A DNA stretch of 64,000 nt from an uncultured Spirochaetota bacterium (GTDB lineage Bacteria; Spirochaetota; Spirochaetia; SZUA-6; Fen-1364): contig CAWGAA010000001.1 of the NCBI GenBank assembly GCA_963820525.1, positions 192,001 to 256,000 of the forward strand, in the 5' to 3' direction. This document shows positions 19,693 to 28,943 of this stretch, piece after piece (the first letter of the stretch is position 1; every line of letters begins with the position of its first letter). Made by a program: the position numbers and the translations under genes. The notes under the pieces are model-generated. The model made no database searches and was not told where the DNA came from. It saw only the letters and a program-made list of their open reading frames with translations.

Positions 19693-20727
19693 ATGCAGGA
19701 ACAACTCCATCTGTTTGACGGGCTCAGCACACGCGATGGGTTCAACAAGTCTCTCAAGCACTTCAAGTTCATCGCGAATGTCATTGGCGAGTTCGAGAGA
19801 AACCGCAATCTTGCGGAAGTCCTGAGTGACAGCCTGGCGGAAAAGTCGATCGAGCCTGACCAGGTTCTTCCCACGATCTGCGCCATCCTCGTGGACAAAT
19901 ACCACTACGCGTACCGCTCGTACAACCTCGAGGAGAACTTCGAGGATTTCGACGCGGTAGCGGCGGAGGCGAGCAAGTGGAAGGCCGTGGACCTCGTCGT
20001 GGCCTACTTCCACCCCGAGCTCGGCGTCGTGGCGGTCAATCCCAAGAACCCTGCCCACTGGAGCGTGGTCCAGAGCCTGAAGAAGAACGAGCTGGTCACC
20101 GTTTTTGCCGGCGCGTTCCAGAAAACGACCACAAGCGATACGTACATGCAGGCGATCGAGCTCCTCCTCTCCATGATCCAGGGGGGGAAGGTCCGCACCC
20201 CCGCGGCGCTCACCAAGGGCCGCTTCGTGCAGAGGGCACCCTCCAAGGCGCCGGCTCCCGCGGCCGCACCCAGGCGCGTGGGCCGTCCAAAGTCAGCCAG
20301 AGCGGCTTCGGCTGCTCCCGCCGGCGCGGCACCTGCCGCGGCCTCGGTGGCAGCGGCCGCGGCCGCCGCTCCCGCAGCCGCTCCATCCGGCGCGCGCAAG
20401 AAGATGACTCCCATGTACGGGATCGTCGTGACGAACGAGCTGTTCCACAACGGGAACGTGGAGGCCTGGAAAAAGATCATCCAGAGCTATACGACGAAAT
20501 ACCCCGGATTGGAGGTGTACGTCTTCTACGAGGGCGAGCGAATCCACGACATCAACACCCTCTTCAAGTGGGGGAAGGTGAAGCACGGGAGCGCCATCAT
20601 GATCTCCGTGGCGGGAGACGATATCAGGGACGTCGCCAAGCTCAACCGTTACCTGAAACAGGGAGCGAGCCATATGTTCGAGGCTTTCCTGAAGGCTCCC
20701 GTCAACGCGATTCTCAATCTCTTTTGA
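19693..20727 (+). CDS. conserved hypothetical protein with Ala-rich linker and C-terminal HPr-like domain
   Basis: IVVTNELFH...LEVYVFYEGERI...GSAIMISVAGDD resembles HPr. His252 at 20446-48. Confidence 0.65.
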   Translation: MQEQLHLFDGLSTRDGFNKSLKHFKFIANVIGEFERNRNLAEVLSDSLAEKSIEPDQVLPTICAILVDKYHYAYRSYNLEENFEDFDAVAAEASKWKAVDLVVAYFHPELGVVAVNPKNPAHWSVVQSLKKNELVTVFAGAFQKTTTSDTYMQAIELLLSMIQGGKVRTPAALTKGRFVQRAPSKAPAPAAAPRRVGRPKSARAASAAPAGAAPAAASVAAAAAAAPAAAPSGARKKMTPMYGIVVTNELFHNGNVEAWKKIIQSYTTKYPGLEVYVFYEGERIHDINTLFKWGKVKHGSAIMISVAGDDIRDVAKLNRYLKQGASHMFEAFLKAPVNAILNLF

Positions 20728-20830
20728 GCGGCGTTTGCCTTTGGCAGGCCGCTGATTTAGCGCGGCGTACGGAACAGGTAAGCCGCCGCTGATACAAGAG
20801 CGGCGTTTGCCTCCGGCAAGCCGCCGCTGA
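20726..20830. repeat. three REP-like imperfect palindromes
   Basis: GAGCGGCGTTTGCCT at 20726 and 20798; AAGCCGCCGCTGA at 20780 and 20818. Confidence 0.7.
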
Positions 20831-20850
20831 GGTGCAAGGGAAGGAAAGGC

Positions 20851-23492
20851 ATGAAGAAGAACATCTATTTCTTCGCCCAGGGCGAAGCGAACACCAAGCC
20901 CCAGGTCCTCGAGAGGATCGGCATCCGCGGGCGTCTGGCCATGGAGCTTGCCGACCTCGATCTTCCCATACTCCCCGGTTTCATCATCGACGCGGACGTC
21001 GCCTCCCACCTCAAGGACTACAAGATCCGGCCGGCCCTCGAGCCGTGGTTCGACAAGCTGGCCAAGCTCACCGGCAAGAGCTTCGGTGACGCGGACAATC
21101 CCATGCTGGTGAAGATCGTCATCAGCCCCAACCTCGTGATCGCCACCTATCCGACCCTCCACAACTACGGCCTTACCGAAAAGACCCTCAACGGGTTCAA
21201 CGCCTTCGTCGGGGAAAACTTCGGCCTGCACGAGCTGCAGTTTCTCACCCGGGGAAACCTCGAGATCGAGCTCGCTATAGCCGAGATCGAGGGGCGAGAG
21301 AAGGAGGCCAAGGCCCTGAAGCAGTCGATCAAGCAGCTGGATGCCGACATGGATTCCGAGATGGACGCGAAACGAAGGAGGGAGTGCGTCACCAAGTACA
21401 TGGCAATGCTTCCCGAAGGCTTCTTCGCGGACTCGTTCTCCCAGCTGGAGATCGCGCTCAACAGGATCAGCCATCTTCTTTCCATAAACGACCAGAACCA
21501 GGAAGACACGGCGCTCCTCATCCAGCCCATGGTTTACGGAAACTATGGAAAGGATTCCGCATACGGGCAGTTCTACACCCGAAACATCGTCACCGGAGAC
21601 AAGCAGATTCAAGGCGAGTTCTTCCAGAGCAAGTTCAACGCCATCGGCGCCTCCGGGTCAGAGATCGAAAAGATCGCGAAGAACTACTTCAACGATCTGG
21701 AACGGATAGCCCACAGGGTGGAGGACCATTTCAAGGAGATCCGCTCCATCCGCTTCACCGTCGAAAACAAGAGGCTGTGGCTCATCGATCAGCGCTCCGT
21801 GATGACCAAGTCCACGCAGTCGGACATCCGCACCCTTCTGGACCTGCACTCCAGAAAGATCGTGAACGACGAGTACGTCATCAACCAGATAAAGCCGGGA
21901 CAGCTGAACGAGATCCTGCACCCCATCATCAACCTCTCCTCGGTGCAGAAAATGAAGAACCTCTCCGGCGGCATCGCGGGTGCCCCGGGGGCGGCCATCG
22001 GACGGGTGTTCTTCAGCACGGCCGGGCTTCTGGACGCATTCAAGAGCGCTCAAAAACTGGGCCAGGACACCAAGCTCATCCTCTGCCTGCCCGCAAGCTT
22101 CGCGGAGGACGTCAAGGCGATCGAGGTCGCCACGGGGTCCTCTCCACGGAAGGCGGCTATTCGGCCCACGCCTCCGTCGTTGCGCGCCAGTACGGGAAGG
22201 TGTCGTTTGTGAAGCCGGACATGAAGATCCGCGGCAACCGCGCTACCGTGGGGGACACCGTGATCAAGGAGGGTGATTACCTCACCCTGAACGTCCCCTT
22301 CTACGGAATTCCCTCCGTCTACCTCGGCAAGGCCGAGCTCATCGAGCCGGATCCCGAGGAGTCGGGGATGCTCGACTTCCTGAAGATCGTCCAGAAGTTC
22401 GTGACGCGCTTCCACGTGAGGACCAATGCCGACACTCCCCGGGACGCGGCTCTCGCGCGGACATTCGGGGCCCGCGGCATCGGGCTGTGCCGCACCGAGC
22501 ACATGTTCTTCGCCGAAAAACGGATCAACGTTTTCCGCGAGATGGTGATCTCCGGCTCCCTGGAGGAGAGGAAAAAGGCCCTGGCCAAGCTGCAGCCCAT
22601 GCAGCAGGCGGACTTCTACAAGCTGTTCAAGATCATGGAGGGAAACCCCGTCATCATACGGCTGCTCGACGCCCCGCTCCACGAGTTCCTGCCCCATAAC
22701 GAAACGGAGATGGAGCAGTTCATGAGCTACCTCAACGCGGGCAAGAAGGCCGACGCCCGGCTGCCCGAGAGGGAGGTGCGGGCGCGCTGCGATGCCCTGC
22801 ACGAGTTCAACCCGATGCTGGGCCACAGGGGATGCCGAATCGCCGTCTCGTATCCCGAGATCTACGAAATGCAGGTCCGCGGTATCTTCGAGGCCGTCTA
22901 TACGCTGAAAAAGGAAGGGATCAAGGTCCAGCCCGAGATCATGATCCCGATCATCATGAACGAAAACGAGCTGAAGCTCATCATCTTCGGCAAAAAGATC
23001 GAGGGCAAGCACATCCGCGGCCTCGTGGACGTCGAGAAGGACGTTCGGGACAGCTTCAAGGCCAGGCCAGCGGAGTACATGATCGGGACCATGGTCGAGC
23101 TTCCCGCCGCGGCGCTGGGAGCCGACCACCTGTCGCGATACGCCCAGTTCTTCTCCTTCGGGACCAACGATCTCACCCAGACCACGATCGGGCTCTCTCG
23201 CGACGACTTCAACACCTTCATGCCGGACTACACGCAGTTCGACCTTCTCGAGGGAAACCCCTTCCAGCTGCTCAATCCCCAGGTGAAAGAGCTGATCCAG
23301 ATGGCGGTCAAGCGCGGCCGGATGTCCCGGCCGGACCTCGAGGTGGGTCTCTGCGGCGAGCATGGGGCCATCCCGGAGAACGTGCGTTTCTGCATCGACG
23401 CGGGGCTCGATTACGTTTCCTGTTCCCCGTACTCCGTGCCCATCGCGAACCTGGCCATCGCCCAGATCATGATCGAGAAAGCGGCGAAATAG
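20851..23492 (+). CDS. ppdK: pyruvate phosphate dikinase-like PEP-binding protein with degenerate ATP site; frameshift at 22134-37
   Basis: QPMVYGN, GGYSAHASVVAR, GIGLCRTEHMF, FSFGTNDLTQ, GLCGEH. Adding one G to the G4 run joins the two ORFs. Confidence 0.85.
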
Positions 23493-23516
23493 CTGGGCGA
23501 GACGCGACCGAAAGCA

Positions 23517-23548
23517 ATAAAAAAGGGGGCGAAAGCCCCCTTTTTTAT
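23517..23548. terminator. bidirectional intrinsic terminator
   Basis: ATAAAAAAGGGGGC-GAAA-GCCCCCTTTTTTAT between convergent genes. Confidence 0.92.
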
Positions 23549-23583
23549 CGTCACTGCGCTGATTGACGGGCCTGCGGCACCCG

Positions 23584-24135
23584 CTACTTGGCCCAGATGC
23601 TGAAGCGATTCAGGCACTTCTCGACGAGGCCGGCAACCTTGTCGGCGTCGTCCTTGGGAACATTCGCTTCCTTGTTGAGAGTGGTCTCGAAAAAGCTCTT
23701 GATGGTTTCCATGACGTCGGCAAGGTTGTAGAAGAGGAAAGCGAAGTTGATTCCCGACGGCTTGATGATCGTGAAGGATCCATAGGTGAGAATGGGCTCC
23801 TTGCTCACCATCACCTTGGTCTGGTTCTTCGAGGTGAGGATCTCCAGCTCCGAGAAGCGGTGGGGGATCTGCTCCTTTGACTGCCTGCGGAACGGCTCAA
23901 GGTGCTTCTGGGCATAATTGGGAGGCTCGCTGAGGACGAAGAGCTTGTTGCCGTCGGTCTGGAAGGTGAGGCCCTCCTCGGAAAGGTAGATGCTCTTCAC
24001 CCCATTGTACGCAACGACTTCATACTTCGAATATGCCGAGTTCTCGTCGAGGAAAGAGGAGATGATGTATCCCCCCTCCTTGGGCAGCTTGTTCTCGCCG
24101 TAGGCCTGAAATAAATCGAGGGCTTTCGTTGCCAT
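23584..24135 (-). CDS. conserved hypothetical soluble protein
   Basis: AGGAG RBS, strong codon bias, its own promoter. Confidence 0.8.
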   Translation of the reverse strand: MATKALDLFQAYGENKLPKEGGYIISSFLDENSAYSKYEVVAYNGVKSIYLSEEGLTFQTDGNKLFVLSEPPNYAQKHLEPFRRQSKEQIPHRFSELEILTSKNQTKVMVSKEPILTYGSFTIIKPSGINFAFLFYNLADVMETIKSFFETTLNKEANVPKDDADKVAGLVEKCLNRFSIWAK

Positions 24136-24156
24136 ACCGCTCTCCTCCTAGAGACG

Positions 24157-24184
24157 ATTATATCAGGAAGAACGTGAAATTCAA
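24157..24184 (-). promoter_or_regulatory. sigma70 promoter
   Basis: TTGAAT, 16 bp spacer, TATAAT. Confidence 0.6.
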
Positions 24185-24249
24185 GGAACAGATCCGACTC
24201 AGCCGTATCGAAGGGGCCCTTTCTCAAGGCAAAGCCATGCACCCCCGCC

Positions 24250-26154
24250 TCAGCTCTCCACGCCGGCGGCCCTGCGGTACTCCTCGGCGCGGGAGAGGAA
24301 TGTAGTGGCGAACTCGCCGTTTCCCATCTTGCGGTAGACCATTCCGAGGTTCCGGTATGCCCTCCAGTCCCGGGGCGAGAGGGAGATCGCCCTGCGGAAA
24401 GTCTCCGCCGACTTCTCCATCGCCTTCTCCTGGAAGTGCAGGACACCGAGCATCAGGAGAAGCGAGAGCTTCTCCCCGTGCACCTTGAGGAACCCCTCGA
24501 TGACCTGGATCCCGATGTTGCGGGCCCCCAGCTTGTCCAGGCAGTAGACGACGGCCTTGACCAGCTCCTCGGAGTCCGGCTTCTCGCGCAGCAGGTCCTT
24601 CAGGATGATCAGGGCGTCCGAATACTTTCCGCTCCTCCTGAAGCAGAGGGCAAGCATCGATTTGAGCCTTCCGTTTTTCGGTTCGGAAGGAAGAAGCCGC
24701 GCGATGTGCACCGCGGCATCGGCGAAGTCTTCCAGCTCCAGAAGGATTCGAACGAGAGCCCTGCGCGTCTTTCTGTCCTCGGGATTCAAATCGAGGTAGC
24801 GCGCGTAGACGCCCTTGAGCTTTTCCCTGTTGCGGAGGGAATCGTAGATGGAGGCCAGGGCGAGAAGGGCGCCTCCGTCATCCGCGGAGACCTTCAGCGT
24901 GCGGATGAACCATCCTTCGGCCAGCTCGGGCAGGCCCGCCTTCAGGTACGTACCGGCGAGGGCGGACATGAGCAGGGGGTCGGGGCCCTTCACGCGGATC
25001 TGCTGCTGCAATGCCGTGATCGCCTCCTCGGCTGGAGCGCCGGTTCTGGCCAGGGCGAGTGAGTTGAAGTACAGCGCCACCGGGTCGGCGGGATGGTTTT
25101 TCAGTATCCTTCGGGCATGGGAAAGGAGCTCTCCATGCTCGCCCAGCTCCCACAGAACGGCGAGCAGGGCGCAGTGTATCTCCAGCGATTCCCTGTCTCT
25201 CTCAATGGCGCGAAGGTAGTGGTTTCTGGCCTTGACGTAGTCGCCGAGGTTGCGGTACGCCTCGGCGACGAGGGCGTGAAGCTGGGGGTCGTCGTACGCT
25301 CCCTTGAGCAGCTTGGTGGCGGAGAAGATCGCCTCCTTGTAGCGCCCCTCGCTGAAGCGCCGCACGGCGATGATGCGAAGGATCTCCTCGGGGTTCTGGC
25401 CGACGGCGGTCTCCGTCTTGAGGAAAGCAGTCCCCGCTCGGATCTCTTCCCCGGCTGCTGTCTTCCTGCCCAGGTCCAGGAGCACGAGGGATTTCTGGAG
25501 GTGAAGGAGGGGATCCTCGGGGGAAATCCGGCAGGCGGCGTCGATGTGGAAGAGGGCCTTCTCCCCCTCGCCCAGCTCGCGATAGATCGTGGCGAGATAG
25601 AGGTGGGGCGCCATGGCGGGGCCGCGCAGGCGCAGGATCTCATCGAACAGCCCGGCGGCTTCGATGAGCCTTCCATGGTAGAAGAGCTTTATGGCAGCCA
25701 CCAGAGTTGCGTTGAGCAGGCCCGCGAGCAGGCTCTTGCTGGCCGGGTCGAGCTCCAGGGCCTTTCTGAAGAAAGCGAGCGATCTCTCGGGCCTGCGCGC
25801 CTTGAGGCAGGCGAAGCCGAGCAGGCCGTATGCCTGGGAAAAGTCGGGGTTTCTTTCAACGGCTTCCCGGAGGCTGCGGATTGCGGCGGGATACATCTCC
25901 AGGGCGATCAGTGACCTGCCCAGGAAGAAATGACCGGCCGCCGAATCGGGCTTCAACCGGACATAGGAATCGAGGGCGCGGACCGCCTTCTCCAGCTCTC
26001 CCAGGGCGTGGTAGCTCCTGCCGAGATAGAGCAGGGCCTGGGGGTAGCCGTCCGAGGTGCCCACCAGGCGCGTGAGAAGCTCCACGGCTTTTGCGTAATC
26101 CCGCCGCCTGCCCGCTTCGATGGCTTGCTGGAACACCTCTGCGCTGTCGCGCGT
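24250..26154 (-). CDS. multi-TPR protein; possible ACG start
   Basis: Continuous TPR repeats. AAGGAGG sits 8 nt before an in-frame ACG. Confidence 0.8.
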   Translation of the reverse strand, partial: TRDSAEVFQQAIEAGRRRDYAKAVELLTRLVGTSDGYPQALLYLGRSYHALGELEKAVRALDSYVRLKPDSAAGHFFLGRSLIALEMYPAAIRSLREAVERNPDFSQAYGLLGFACLKARRPERSLAFFRKALELDPASKSLLAGLLNATLVAAIKLFYHGRLIEAAGLFDEILRLRGPAMAPHLYLATIYRELGEGEKALFHIDAACRISPEDPLLHLQKSLVLLDLGRKTAAGEEIRAGTAFLKTETAVGQNPEEILRIIAVRRFSEGRYKEAIFSATKLLKGAYDDPQLHALVAEAYRNLGDYVKARNHYLRAIERDRESLEIHCALLAVLWELGEHGELLSHARRILKNHPADPVALYFNSLALARTGAPAEEAITALQQQIRVKGPDPLLMSALAGTYLKAGLPELAEGWFIRTLKVSADDGGALLALASIYDSLRNREKLKGVYARYLDLNPEDRKTRRALVRILLELEDFADAAVHIARLLPSEPKNGRLKSMLALCFRRSGKYSDALIILKDLLREKPDSEELVKAVVYCLDKLGARNIGIQVIEGFLKVHGEKLSLLLMLGVLHFQEKAMEKSAETFRRAISLSPRDWRAYRNLGMVYRKMGNGEFATTFLSRAEEYRRAAGVES

Positions 26155-26276
26155 GGCGCATCCCTCCTTTTCGCCCTGCCGCGCTCCGAATATACCATCG
26201 AACGAGATTGCTTTACAAACCCGCCAATCTCCTTTACAAATGGACTCCATGGGTCGCGACGGCAACGGGGATCGAA

Positions 26277-27716
26277 ATGGAATCTCGTGACATTTTCTCC
26301 AACATCTCGCCTCTGGACCACCGCTACTCGCTGTCCGACCCCGACCTGTTCCACGAGCTGCAGGGGTACTTGAGCGAGGATGCGGCGGTGCGTGCCTGCG
26401 TGCGGGTGGAGGTCGCCCTCCTGAAGGCGCTCCTTTCCCGGGACGCCGTGCTGGCAAAGCGCGTGGACCTCATTTCCTCGCTTGACGCGATCGGGCAATC
26501 CATCAGCCCCGAGGACGTCTACGCCGAGGAGGAGAAGACCCGGCACAACATCCGCGCCCTGGTGAACGTGCTGAAGGCCAGGGTTGCCGAGGAGGCGAAA
26601 CCCCTCGTTCACCTCGGCGCGACTTCCGTGGATATCCTCGATACGGCCGCCTCGATCCGCTACAGGGACGCGGTTCGCCGCGTGATCCTCCCGCTCCTCC
26701 TCGACCTGGAAGAGGAGCTGATTGCCCGAGCCAGGCAGGAGGTGGACACGCCGCAGATCGGCCGCACGCATGGACAGCATGCCGTGCCCATCACCTTCGG
26801 ATTCGCCATGTCCCTGTACGTTTCCCGGCTGGGCAAGTCCATCCAGCGCCTCGAAGCGAAGGCGGGTAACCTCCGGGGCAAGCTCTCCGGCGCCGTCGGC
26901 GCCTACAACGCCACCTCGCTCCTGGTCAAGGATCCCGAGGAGTTGGAGCGCGTATTCCTCGCAGGCCTGGGCCTCGAGCCGTCGGAGACCTCGACGCAGC
27001 TGGTGGAGCCCGAGCACCTGCTCGAGCTGCTCTTGGAGATGAATACGGCCTTCGGAATCATCGCCAACCTCGCGGACGATCTTCGAAACCTCCAGAGGAG
27101 CGAGATCGGCGAAGTGCGGGAGGAGTTTGCCGAGAGCCAGGTCGGCTCATCCACGATGCCGCAGAAGCGAAATCCGTGGAACTCCGAGCATGTGAAGAGC
27201 CTGTGGAAGGCGTTTTTCCCCAGAGCCATGACCTTTTTCATGGATCAGATATCGGAGCACCAGCGGGACCTCACCAATTCGGCGTCGTCGCGGTTCGTTG
27301 CCGACTACATGGCGGGATTCGCCTGTGCGGTCTCGCGCGCCCGAACCGTCGTGCGCTCCCTCTCCGTCAACCGCACCCGCATGGCGGAGAACCTCGCAAA
27401 AAGCGGAGACTTGGTGTTCTCCGAGCCTCTCTACGTCCTTCTAGCCCGTGGAGGAGTCCCGGACGCTCACGAGCGGATCCGCAGGGCAACTCTTCGAGCC
27501 GAAAAAAGCGGGGAGCGGCTGCGGGATGTGCTTCGCCAGGATGCCGAGCTCTGGCGGATCCTCGATAGAAACCTCTCCGAGACAATCGGGATGAACGCGG
27601 AGGGCTTCCTCTCCGATCCGTCGAAGTACACGGGGCGCGCGGCTGCCAAGGCCGCTGCAATCGCCGAGAGGTATTCGACCCTGGTGGATGCCCTTCGCAA
27701 GGAGTTGAAGTCATGA
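26277..27716 (+). CDS. purB: adenylosuccinate lyase
   Basis: ISPLDHRY, HLGATS, GRTHGQHA, GSSTMPQKRNP. Confidence 0.95.
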   Translation: MESRDIFSNISPLDHRYSLSDPDLFHELQGYLSEDAAVRACVRVEVALLKALLSRDAVLAKRVDLISSLDAIGQSISPEDVYAEEEKTRHNIRALVNVLKARVAEEAKPLVHLGATSVDILDTAASIRYRDAVRRVILPLLLDLEEELIARARQEVDTPQIGRTHGQHAVPITFGFAMSLYVSRLGKSIQRLEAKAGNLRGKLSGAVGAYNATSLLVKDPEELERVFLAGLGLEPSETSTQLVEPEHLLELLLEMNTAFGIIANLADDLRNLQRSEIGEVREEFAESQVGSSTMPQKRNPWNSEHVKSLWKAFFPRAMTFFMDQISEHQRDLTNSASSRFVADYMAGFACAVSRARTVVRSLSVNRTRMAENLAKSGDLVFSEPLYVLLARGGVPDAHERIRRATLRAEKSGERLRDVLRQDAELWRILDRNLSETIGMNAEGFLSDPSKYTGRAAAKAAAIAERYSTLVDALRKELKS

Positions 27717-28943
27717 AACTCGTGGTGATCGGGGCTCAGTGGGGAGATGAGGGCAAGGGGAAGATCGTCGATTTCCTCGCCCAGAACGCTGATCTCGTCC
27801 TTCGTTTCTCCGGCGGAGCGAACGCCGGCCATACCATCGTCAAAGGCGGGCAGACCTTCAAGCTCCACCTTCTTCCTTCCGGCATCGTCTATCCGGACAA
27901 GACCGTCATCCTGGGCATCGGCATGGTTATCGACCCACAGGCGCTCTTCGATGAGCTGGCCATGATCGAGAAGTCGGGAATCCGATGGGAGGGGAGGGTG
28001 CTGGTGTCAGACAGGGCTCACATGGTCCTGCCGCGTTACCGGGAGATCGACAAGCAGAAGGATGGGTCGCGCATCACTCCCATCGGGACCACGGGGCGCG
28101 GGATCGGCGTCACCTATGCCCTGAAGGCGGACCGTGACGGGATCCGCGTGGCCGACCTCTACGACTCGAAGGTGTGGGCCCGCATCCCCGCCGGCGACAA
28201 GGCCTACCTGGAACCCTTGAAGGAGAGGCTTCGCCCTATGGTCGTCGACGTCTCGCTGTACCTGGCAAAGAGCGCGGCGCGGCAGATTCTCTTCGAGGGG
28301 GCCCAGGGGACCCTCCTCGACCTTGACTTCGGCACCTATCCCTATGTCTCCTCGGGAATCTCGGCGGCGGCGGGGGCCCCCATCGGTGCGGGGATCGGGC
28401 CCCATGCGATAGACCGCGTCATCGGGGTGTTCAAGGCATACTCGACGCGTGTGGGCAATGGCCCGTTTCCCAGCGAGTTCAAAGAAGAGCGCGACGGAAA
28501 CCTCTGCGATACGGTGCGGGGCATCGGCCAGGAGTACGGGGTTACTACGGGAAGGCCGCGGCGCTGCGGTTACCTGGACCTGGTGGCCCTGCGTTACGCC
28601 TGCCGTTCCAACTCGATCGACTCGCTGGCCCTCACGAAGCTCGACGTGTACGACGGCTTCGACGAGATAAAGGCGTGCATCGCCTATGAGTATGCCGGCA
28701 GTCGTCTCGAGGAGTTCCCCGCCACGCTGGAGGTGCTGGAATGCGCCGCTCCCGTCACCGTGAGCTTCCCCGGCTGGAAGGAGGAGGCCAAGAAAGCGAG
28801 ATCCTACGGCAAGCTTCCCTCGGAGGCCAGAGAGTATATCGCGTTCATCGAGAAGTATGTCGGGGTTCCCGTCTCGATCGTCTCCGTGGGAAGCGAGCGG
28901 GATCAGACCATTGCTCAGGAAGGACCCGTGGACAAGATCCTGA
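27713..28943 (+). CDS. purA: adenylosuccinate synthetase; as written it reads in frame into guaA
   Basis: GAQWGDEGKGK, GGANAGHT, FEGAQG, GVTTGRPRRCG. Removing G28913 gives the end ...LRKDPWTRS* at 28943. Confidence 0.93.

Noticed and set aside
20726..20830. Possible mini-CRISPR array
   Set aside because: The units are degenerate, there are no spacer-length unique segments, and there are no cas genes.
22134..22137. Programmed frameshift or phase variation in ppdK-like and ntpI genes
   Set aside because: The runs are only 3-4 nt, with no slippery heptamer; sequencing error is simpler.
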